Of a stretch of DNA of 64,000 nucleotides, positions 18,001 to 21,297 are shown piece after piece. Source of the stretch: Desulfobacterales bacterium (GTDB lineage Bacteria; Desulfobacterota; Desulfobacteria; Desulfobacterales; UBA2174); NCBI GenBank assembly GCA_963668645.2, contig CAXXWC010000019.1, positions 64,001-128,000 on the forward strand, in the 5' to 3' direction. Each line of letters begins with the position of its first letter. Position 1 is the first letter of the stretch. Position numbers and translations under genes: made by a program. Under the pieces are notes generated by a model. It was not told where the DNA came from and made no database searches. It saw only the letters and a list, made by a program, of their open reading frames with translations.

Positions 18001-20947
18001 CTGTTTCGATGTTAGCCGTGGTCAAAACGCCGGTGATGTAGCTCAGCGCATCGCCTACCAGATCGACGATATCGTCGAGAAAGTCTGGGATATTGAGAAA
18101 ATCTGCTGCAAAATCAACAACTTGCCCTGCAAGATCATACGGCAAACCTGGAATGTTAACTACGTTGCCGCCGTCGCCGACGACGATATCGATGGTAACG
18201 GGCTGGAGAAAGTGCAGGCCGGTACCGAAAAGGTCATCAATGACTTCTTCGATCGTAAATGAGTCAAGATTAATCTCAAGGTTGTCGATATAATCGGTCA
18301 GTTCTTCAACCGTATACCCCAATAGTGTGTCTATATCGGTGCCCAGGACGTCTTCAACAACAGCCGTAACCGCCCCTACCAGATCGTTAAACGGACTGGT
18401 ATAAATGTTAATTTCGTTGCTGCCGTCGCCGGCGGTGATACTCACGCTGGTATCGAAGTCATCCTCCAGATACCAGACACTGGTCTGCGGAGAATCGTAA
18501 GCCTTGATGTCAAACTTGTTGTCACCGTCGCCCACGACGGCAGTCATGTTGACCACGTGGCCTTCGAAATCGTTGTCCCCGTCGCCCGCAGCTTCGATAT
18601 TGACCTCAACCGCATCCATCCAGTAGGTGTTGTCGCCGTCTCCAGCGATGGTGATGTCTGCCGAGTAGGCTTCCGAAATAACGAAGTAGTTATCTCCGCC
18701 GCCGTCGGTAATGGTTATATCGTAGCCTTCGATCTCGTAAACGCTGTCGCCCGTGCCGGCCGTGATGTCGACATAGCTGGCATCCACCTCGTAGTTGCTG
18801 TTGCCGTCGCCGTCGACGATCACCGCCACGTCGGTATCGATCTCGTAGTAGTTGTCGCCGCCGGTGTCGATGATGGTAACGGACTGGTCGTTTTCAGGCA
18901 TCCAGTGCAACGTCGTATACTCGGCATCGTCGGTGTCGACAATGATGCGGTCGTCGGCGCTCGAACCGAGGTAGGTGAGCTGTTCGATCCCGCTCATGTT
19001 GAGGTTGACGCCGCCGGTGTTGGCCGACGCATCGATCAGGATGGGGTTTTCCGCGTGCAGGCTCTGGCCGAGATCGCCGGCGATGTACAGGCGAGCGTCA
19101 CCGGTGATGTTGATGGTGCTTACCTGCCCGCCCAGGTCGGCGTCCGCAATGGTGTTGCCGCCGCCGGTGGATTCGATATTGAGGGTATCGGAGTTATGGG
19201 CGACGTTCAGAACCGTGTTGGGCTGCATATCCAGGTTATTGAACACCAGGTTTACGCCCGCCCCCTGTAATTCGCTGTAATGGAGGTTTACATTATGGTA
19301 AAATCCGCCGTCGAGAACGGTTTCCGCACCGTTGCGGATGCCGACGACCGTCAGCGTCCCCGGGTACTGGGAGTTACCCAACTCCAGGCCCTCGTAAGCG
19401 CCTTCAGAGATCACCAACTCCTCAAGCGAAGTTGCCCGGGACAAGTCGATTATGGAGTTGTCCAGGCTGGCATAGGAATCACTGTCCAGGTCTGGATAGG
19501 TGGAAACGGGCTCTCCGTCTACAACGTCCGTGTAGACATTGGGCAGGTTTTCAATGACGATCTTCTGAATGTTCAGCAGCTCCTTGGGCTGTGCGAAGTA
19601 TCCCTTGGCATCGATTTCAAGTGTGTTATAACCGCCGCCTCCGTCGATGTAAGCCCCATGCAGCAAATCTAGGCGCCCGGCGACGATGGTGTCGTTGCCA
19701 TCGCCTGTAAAACCTACTTCCTCGGTCCCACCATTGTTTTCGGTCGGGGTCAGGACGATGGGGACCTGCGTGTATGTGGTTTCACCCTCTTCGACCACAA
19801 ACTCATACAGATTGACGGTAATTGGCTCGCCGTTCGCATCAAGGACGATATTGCCATCAGCATCTTTCAGGTAAACCTCAGGCCAGGTCTTTACCTCCAC
19901 CTCGAATAGACGCGAGTTGCCCTCCTCATCGAACAGCAGATTGTGGATGAACTCGAACTGGTTCTCACTCAACTCGACGATAGCACTATTGATGGTGCCG
20001 TCGGAAAGGGTCACGGAAATCTCGTAATTGCCTGTGTAGTCGCCATCGCCGAAACCACCTTGAACATTGTCAAAGATGCCCGCAAAGGTGATGTCGCGAA
20101 TGGCCTGGAGCGACTCGTTAATATCGTAAAGGCCAAGATCTCTAAAGTTCACAGCCAGATAAGTTTCGATAAAGCTAAGTAGATCCTCTAACGGTACCCC
20201 ACCATCCAGGGGCCCCTCGTTAGTCAACCCGTTGTCATTGCCGTCCGGATTGTCCCCGTCGAGGTTGTCGACCCCGGTCTCGTCATGGCCGTGGGGATTG
20301 TAACCCCAGTAGGTGACCGTTTCGATCTCCGGCTCGATGGTGACCACCACGTCTTCGGTGACCTCGGCCGTGTAGACCTCCTTGAGGGTAAAAGTCTTTT
20401 CCAGCGAGAAATAGGCGTTAATCTCGTTGAGGGTCTGGTTCAATGAAGCGTCGCCGGCGGTAGTACCCGCAATGAAGGCCTCCAAGTCGTATCCCAACTG
20501 ATCACTGTAAGGGATCTCCTGGTCGATCATCATGTTGAGGGCGTGCTCAGCCGACGCCAACTTGTTTTCCATGGTCAACCGGTCGTCCCAGTTGTTGTCT
20601 TCTTCAGTCGCCTGGCCGGACACCCAGATGATGGTCTGGGCCAGTGCGGCGTGGGTAACCCGCCCCGCGTCGAGTTCGCCCAACCAGTACTGGAGGCCGT
20701 CATCATCGATATCGCGGTTGAACAGGTTCTCGTACAGATTAGTAAGGAAGGACTCGGCAAAATTCTCCGACCCGCCGCTAAACTGCAAATAACCTGAATA
20801 GACGAGATGGTTGCTCATTTCTCCTATGGTCATCCCGCCATTTTCCAGAAGGTCGTTCCAGTAAAGGTAGCCTTCATAATCCGCCGGCCGACCGAACAGA
20901 GTGAGATAGTAAAGGTTGATCCATTCTTTGTTCGTGTACTGAGCCAT
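1..20947 (-). CDS. Giant (>=6982 aa) DUF4214/RsaA-like S-layer or adhesin protein with RTX-like Ca-binding repeats; 3' end runs off the left edge
   Basis: ATG at 20947 with AGGAGG 8 nt upstream. Hand translation begins MAQYTNKEWINLYYLTLFGRPADYEGYLYWNDLL...FLTNLYENLFNRDIDDDGLQYWLGEL (two DUF4214-like LY..LFGR..D..G..YW motifs). The same frame (codon start = 1 mod 3) still reads ...GVYDNNLNIDDITYSAPDLGIGYEISSDGSTV at positions 2-100. No minus-strand ORF in the track is in this frame, as expected if it has no stop inside the window. Asp/Gly/Thr/Val/Ile-rich. Confidence 0.93.
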   Translation of the reverse strand, partial: MAQYTNKEWINLYYLTLFGRPADYEGYLYWNDLLENGGMTIGEMSNHLVYSGYLQFSGGSENFAESFLTNLYENLFNRDIDDDGLQYWLGELDAGRVTHAALAQTIIWVSGQATEEDNNWDDRLTMENKLASAEHALNMMIDQEIPYSDQLGYDLEAFIAGTTAGDASLNQTLNEINAYFSLEKTFTLKEVYTAEVTEDVVVTIEPEIETVTYWGYNPHGHDETGVDNLDGDNPDGNDNGLTNEGPLDGGVPLEDLLSFIETYLAVNFRDLGLYDINESLQAIRDITFAGIFDNVQGGFGDGDYTGNYEISVTLSDGTINSAIVELSENQFEFIHNLLFDEEGNSRLFEVEVKTWPEVYLKDADGNIVLDANGEPITVNLYEFVVEEGETTYTQVPIVLTPTENNGGTEEVGFTGDGNDTIVAGRLDLLHGAYIDGGGGYNTLEIDAKGYFAQPKELLNIQKIVIENLPNVYTDVVDGEPVSTYPDLDSDSYASLDNSIIDLSRATSLEELVISEGAYEGLELGNSQYPGTLTVVGIRNGAETVLDGGFYHNVNLHYSELQGAGVNLVFNNLDMQPNTVLNVAHNSDTLNIESTGGGNTIADADLGGQVSTINITGDARLYIAGDLGQSLHAENPILIDASANTGGVNLNMSGIEQLTYLGSSADDRIIVDTDDAEYTTLHWMPENDQSVTIIDTGGDNYYEIDTDVAVIVDGDGNSNYEVDASYVDITAGTGDSVYEIEGYDITITDGGGDNYFVISEAYSADITIAGDGDNTYWMDAVEVNIEAAGDGDNDFEGHVVNMTAVVGDGDNKFDIKAYDSPQTSVWYLEDDFDTSVSITAGDGSNEINIYTSPFNDLVGAVTAVVEDVLGTDIDTLLGYTVEELTDYIDNLEINLDSFTIEEVIDDLFGTGLHFLQPVTIDIVVGDGGNVVNIPGLPYDLAGQVVDFAADFLNIPDFLDDIVDLVGDALSYITGVLTTANIETGAGADEILVAGSDITISSGAGDDVITLVGIDADYVSNGAVLDIDTGSGADLIKLGAALDSSFLATGTITAMEGSKITGENVTLFVNTIADLRAAELSGITKVILDDDSFNYLDAAQANDDAAVGQNAILTLTAEQFLAIGAENFSVEGSIFHTHAFIKIIVTESTSLTDLGVDNLSSNIDLYLEIEDGVTLTMTAQQLHENVADGGIYLANDGNTDVASGRVVINQAGLYFDPWHNTDLYNGEEYGDHVGDPYYGGSLADDFSSENVTVHRTPVTEGPNAGYNRPEDEPNSDVITIDSTGAIINQGAFSSWVSSLEIVGDHDVIFTGAIDLGDDFVVDFSTLEAVVENLTLANFQDVKQIRGNGLDGYETTIYVKMTGTPDDPSTPETDETVVPTVGGEDLGNGEFSGLVSSGVRRIIVTDISDGDTSAYDAEKAVIYLCDTTQDLEVIGLRGNYNAELEIYQVQWGIEFELQGDGTVEYTTKANGDPAYSNVGSFYAQFQWANASAVVNINNQGTELTTRSLHVEKIDIDNAGSITINVEDGNLIVDTIDGENGEGGVETLDINSDYNVQIVDDLPGTLTFIDVSDVAGTFTAVIDEPAGDFSFIGSAGGSYLTLLDFVATDDTDIDGGVGGVVLTIGADEGGTDIVNLSQATLDNVEGIVLEDGATVILTNAQLQIIGEANISLLDDADGAVLEVSGLNDQVFDSTNIADGITVNVTLAQGAWTLHADTDLSNVDSFSMLDNAEMTLTADQLVQLAESFAENGAINGEVDATNTIHITGVTQAHLDWEVNYEGTEYSFRQVLGELNALLGAESESTITIVEDVTLYASTLNAAAVGGFELIAGEPGLRVDVIMDAEPVGIDAENGVTSRGVASYVVTEFSDQVGDWAQFFVCNSTEGLQELGLQGNGGKHIVFSGVKWGVTFLLEGDGLAQWTEAEKVQNEFADDWNQSNIGALYANFYTDHAPAVVNINNQGVLLGDASDGGLRSLMVDGIDIDNADSLTINIADGNAEIGLIQGDSLDALDLNADFNLTIDYALDAANIESIDATGVVGTFDATLTGEVDDAFAFAAGAGGTTLTLASFSIGEDADVTIDGAAGDLTLVIYSTTDLSDATLTSVDAVQIDTAGAVAAVSLTLTWEQVDAIGPANITEIDPDDEYTATLHIEGYDGSYFDVDDLGDGVVIGTVTTAQGAIAFDPTADLAGADLMVSADSEVTMTVDQFLALASLTGADDGTGDAENSILHLTGLTQAHIDAGFDLAAVTGFTLGTLSLAEDVVLGEFNENFMLDRAVNLNGFQVVLEDGQTLTLTTIEQADGLVVGGGTDTTLALYFDQNQILGEDDQVISGGFGPFDTFDASGWSVTTVKMLHDLVENRDIELFQDIDSAICIHIYDAQDMGVVIPINRCLTIEEGVTVDGFMVLNDYQGDSSVVTLNLTLEGGAKVDGNIRLTTVAAEDQYGNPLTQNYFDQLTINSNVGADDPIHNTVNIISGDIDPTPSPVGGGGPLGTALENNLLDVVINANADLIVEGDIVFNSVDEIPDHDAIGVGMDDAVLVINGVADVTLGGIDTTDEDLDSLAITNNSTGVLTLTLDDDAVAIGDENITINGATGSGGVDLIIADSEDLDLSGAALSGINNVTLTDAELTLTLDQVLDIGLANIVAADGGTDGDTIAAGILNIVGMDDRILDVDDLGDGVTLGTITMASGDWTLDPATDLTGAEMIIVPEGGTVIMTIDQFQALSGNGTIIGVDAEGNATTDYTIQITGLTQADVDEGLDLSGVTADNAVLSLASGAGDILMGLWDPIEYDWTSQVDLGNFAIHLESGDHITLINYDQANGRTIDGPADAVVSLGFVTGLGQIDIDLRDGFENLVFGIDTGNYNGSFTLQVLDELLEGMNVEQILAFLDSAITVEILEREDMPGIPLYEYLETYRNVVVEEGVTVDAVDGVSLIFADLTVDTVVKTLDLHLMGGATVLGDIDLSILKPEYDGLFAPKYFGTLTIFSQGNEPNSLDDITAGVEDGPSENDLLDIVVNAQQDLSIDTITFSSVQRDDEDPNDATATFTVTDTSTANVNVGEMNLDDNDVTHLVVNNLGTGTLGVTVDEGINAAHIEDVQFLGDHIALTIAGDDVIEEGVTDADAVDLSAYTLDGVSSIAFENGSELTLDADQIADIGAANLSVLPEDGVPEPTAELNIVGFTEAHQGLDLGSIAGLKVESITLDATAGDTFTFDGTINFEVGTIYVPDGVTVEIDADMYEAMGCPEIMGTGVADGDGNYDITVNLRDFANDNADIDLSHIYAAHANLYVADDVGELNYNYDADLLDPDYIANLDVPDDVLIFGVWNLGDGINTGYWESQTDLGSFAIHLTDDQEIRLLTYDQADERFIDGPDTAVVSLDLLYADLPIGDGEFWDREGIDCSNFSGEFELEILRNLVLGQFWQYDENVEKILYNLIGDIAVRVTSWDELPGGALPGAMGYDRDFIVDVGETVLGGLVFADVTGERYLENLNVFLLGDSTITHTIDIGTLVPVDTTEYDQQFFRTLTIDSVGTADPADTDENEIWYIVGGDPSYGATENNLLDVVINAENTLTIRGIEFSYIANSLTDVDYNPLASIGAEIAVHTGVDGIVNIWTLDAVADPNIDALSLVHASEGTLNVTTVEVRDSFDITADGDINILTVNMSDSNDGSEADDGLTDVTITGAELDADLVIDDLNGDALAEVDASGFIGSLTINDINNISETDFSFVSGTGITVAGIDGETLDAGGDDAGWHFDLEDAAAGSVLNINGGTYTGGDLQIDLGANATLQISGVVDLSALGDDLVITGNSATNPIVIMDGATLILTPEQASSLYIVGAGDGDDEGDDFTGVVNIVGLTDETGAFDLSNISEDVAGMISFGDDNDVTLDAATALGYFGITLNNVDGAFNAGQNIRFMTFEQADGRVVEAVGFGEGEAATANIVFLFTDVGEGVDAVDCSGYDGEIARLWVSEQLVQNNPDIDFAQLAIDIVRVEFPIDMPAGSWIPGLDDAEGFSKTLEFVSFVGTSPDGPVDVVVTDTFDMTFVKDVTIDLGGEVELGTVQVNNEIASGAVNPETGNEINPSSIIFEKLTINAKLGMEGTEPDAQGNFTDYVIHYPELVPENWTPVSAGEDGQRFPDAVNTVGDISSGVGFDLMAVELNTYGADLETGTITFDGTGTAELEVNDLTYAAYYDQLVAAYGAGDDAAAYAAVVGLIKNFAGDYIATTPFNIVDGGETLVFDSADDVDELLAYLAGIKGNFIDALQNDGNWDAITAALNAYAPEPVKTVTVEAVDVTDALDAGTEDPGDEVNALLIDGDGILNVTGAITFGSTATTDAYLGIDGSVDVTAGVLEMGSITDLTIDKLGTGDVEIIGTSPAVTGDALESISLTGAANNGEGAAEGHLYLGSFAVDGDGEWTGDYNGIAAANLSSIDASGTNYEFGVILEQIDGAGFTLTSGNGLTLVGLGGVELLDGGVWTFDLSNAADDSWIAITGDTILGQGTLTIDLGADADLAIFGEVDFTTLADLTITVDGGNDWDGRIWLDASAVVTITADQMAELNASEIGFDGDGIINVIDLDESPVDLSAGGTIDADMAGWVRLDDQLARLAEMRDAYDAAVTAGDDKDAFDAMTALINEFGDRLLAIPGFTEETGYDGIDDLLGLLPPSWQYFEALADPAYADAMDMINAMLNEYLAYPLILTDGTTLGEFTLQLRDDLPEQIVFTTLEQADGRDIEIIGDIDGGAAVNGGDGTRVIFESSVDEATGCDSVEEVDVSGYDDLLDVLEIRNDASAPEYELNGLGDIDLVVASGASVLIDSAREDLIERNLTVVTGEDGGTISYADADYLETLNVVLDGAVPVYTYAGGPDTEDGGGSISELNSGNASVVNLQTVNVADEQTFKIDVLTIADKATLNSLAGQTNTIGDIEGTIGDSGESKLVDLTLNAYEDLDVDKITLSTVKLSILELNINTFNASTVTVDELRTDNHPGTDGFDGDSIREVVITHEGDGLFLGAGGSAFFQSDNAVTLTLQGSGDMTFGNLLTEALDGFTLNPTLIAGTATVPAYQNDDSAGLKEVDASGLTGNLNLGEIGVYQDQFTFTSGTGFTTLTLAAGVLENPTEGDPAAWTFDFGNATGSIMKLNGIQDYLAFNSGNLTIDVAILAIDGTVDFSGLELNANSSLTFNDDILIQLSDVAEDGTLADEAGEAGAGLTITADQLMTAAADEVGLTIMGIGVGDNTLTINANTSQRAFSQMDFDNLSSVEHLVFDVPFGPVPYDGFADHLDLSGADGLQTLTFTDFLDLGVFDDASGLGGGDLTITLPTGFETINLYGPLVSGENAVLTIAGMESETLTVNAYQVVDFQGTLQFSSPEALVIDSQSAVRSPIETPAVFIGTLLIENLATLVTQGARDVTFGSVVGDLAGTQFTIDANAGFFDVQNGGPYSTYIRDASGLETNGGTLTVTGEGALFIGDFETAITLVGQPDPDYDGAAIALRDTALDMTGGGTLEVVHGEPGVLYAAVTIDAATVVLPYDGSEIADQLGDLVEAIDGVYVDDGTYDVNEFGAAAKALIEAYGDAFFDVFDVLGYQFDGQDEVQVDNIQALKDALFEDYAAGIAKAGLLGFGGGIQTEQGLERYVGIEDFSEKFIEEYIYTLKLGIAFMGSDSVVLSSDTILGDFAIMLCEDGLGQTVTFTTALQADGRDVAIAPSGDGESRVVFDFAGDFYGDDQIDVEDYGIGFDAGLGSGVDGQLDVLDIANNDFAGELYRLAPETQLDMVDGADVALINQAEIRDVRVYSGDGGGTLDLSEASGVETLNLMLDGETGVNLSWVDTGNDTGIDVNIESTGGAANRITDASRFAMTENETITISGDQDLTLGTGAEDTLLSRPDRVPVSQSLDFTEGGNLAVDTAYDGNLEAYVLLGEDTVTLPVEHTARFDFLVESWNEAVAAGEPESLAAIAESLFGEYADALLSKYSEIQFSIDTDPDPFSFDVYRIAYDGDTLTGYVDDETYTDIGAFIDRLLDDLAAANPGALNPLDHLTVRGKLIDADPAQYDTGIDDVATAMDGDLYTLDGTAYVQTEEVLFDVLIQAVQDAFNSGDYDVNELGQALYDLFVKEYTIESVNNGDAFTFGDLFFQYLDAFGVVYGEDPLSNVRQLVGSVEELLAAGGPLFASIDVGSGTAVAQAGISEFISREDPGDPEADYVSGLNNIGDEIKAMDVLGQRLDLDPDTDLGGFAVQLYEGQGVGMSADQLLLYSGDINAYDAVYTANLDGTYFDEAAPGRSILGDGADNTLYITDNSDRIFKAMNFSGLDGVENLVFEGEFGVGSIDEDVLDLSGAVGLLTLTFDTGADVDLDHTDLTIILPEGFESIYFYDSLYGETDSTITIQGGSETLEVVFYDDTNYEGTLTFASPDTLTLDTAGYDAVRFQELVDAVEDAHVADGSYDVMAFGGAMKALLDEFPEVWEAVFEAIHIGFGEIGLGEWEDKTFTVTTLEQFKAAIFADYATGEAKPGLTWVVGGNEGGHEFGILEMAAYISGSEYFGGSNVYIGTLDANDIDTLQTEGFGALTVGSLVVDIDTTSTFTIDANAKDGTVIEDASETVLGGGASKLEVTGEGVLILGSGRETAVTMTDGGTLQVAADYAGTLFAHVMIGDAVVTLPDQADITGEGTVAGTAYFPAEGAAFDDLVVALDATFNGGDYSNSLFGAVLKAMLDAYGDLFFQKFDLIGYQFEGGEQTEAVDLDALKTALFDDYDAGIAKADLAGIGGIMDGVLYDNFDFNFVQAFVDAYSATLTLPEATDLGSFGIELLRDSIGQEIVFTGEDQADGREVTVDVDGASLFHGDVGVAFDFVSATSEISIDASGYSTGYSDDGIDYLRIDGTNGQDLVVTDLGQEARVWLANGLGDQTITFNGEEIRWRDFQVDTTGTPDLVDNQSLGVYIYAGEIRDEFDQLVEIDLTSLSGDRLTWVQLGVYDNNLNIDDITYSAPDLGIGYEISSDGSTV
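18410..18870 (-). repeat. Tandem 17-19 aa Gly/Asp repeats (RTX-like beta-roll) in the giant protein
   Basis: Successive motifs DTGGDNYY, DGDGNSNY, AGTGDSVY, DGGGDNYF, AGDGDNTY, AGDGDNDF, VGDGDNKF, AGDGSNEI. The first seven are spaced about 51-60 bp apart. Confidence 0.8.
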
Positions 20948-21248
20948 GGTGTCTTCCTCCTAAGATAAGTTTTAGACGCCTTGTACTGGAATCTAACTGA
21001 AATCGAAATAGCGGAAAAAACCCGCTCTCGGGCTTCCCGATGTTCACGCATGCCTATCTGATAAGGTTATCCGCTCATAACCCTCCTTGGGATATCAAGG
21101 CGATTTCAGGCAGGTCTCGTGTCGCATCAGGACTAACCAACAAAGGGAGCCGGTCGCCGTAAATAGTGTTCGCTGGAAAGCTGAAGAGCACGAAAATTCC
21201 TCAGTTTGAAAACAAATCGCTCATTATCAATCTCGAAACTGTATTGGG

Positions 21249-21286
21249 CTTATACACCGAAGTATAGCGTTGGGCAAGTTTTTTTT
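21249..21286 (-). promoter_or_regulatory. Sigma70-type promoter for the giant surface-protein gene
   Basis: Minus strand TTGCCC (21277-21272), 17 nt, TATAAG (21254-21249), with an A8 tract just upstream (UP-element-like). Confidence 0.6.
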
Positions 21287-21297
21287 ATGCGAGAAAA

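Noticed and set aside
101..20797. Dozens of long plus-strand ORFs (up to 645 aa) and short minus-strand ORFs in the track
   Set aside because: They are antisense or off-frame shadows of the giant minus-strand gene. Its GAC/GTC/ATC/GGC-rich codons leave the opposite frames nearly stop-free, and the translations show no recognisable motifs.
21067..21078. Minus-strand TGAGCGGATAAC, identical to the lac operator core
   Set aside because: Only 12 bp, the flanks do not match lacO, and there is no vector or lac context. It is better explained as part of a leader hairpin.
20948..21248. c-di-GMP (GEMM) riboswitch in the giant gene leader
   Set aside because: No GGCAAAC...GAAA...GACGCAAAG pattern on the coding strand.
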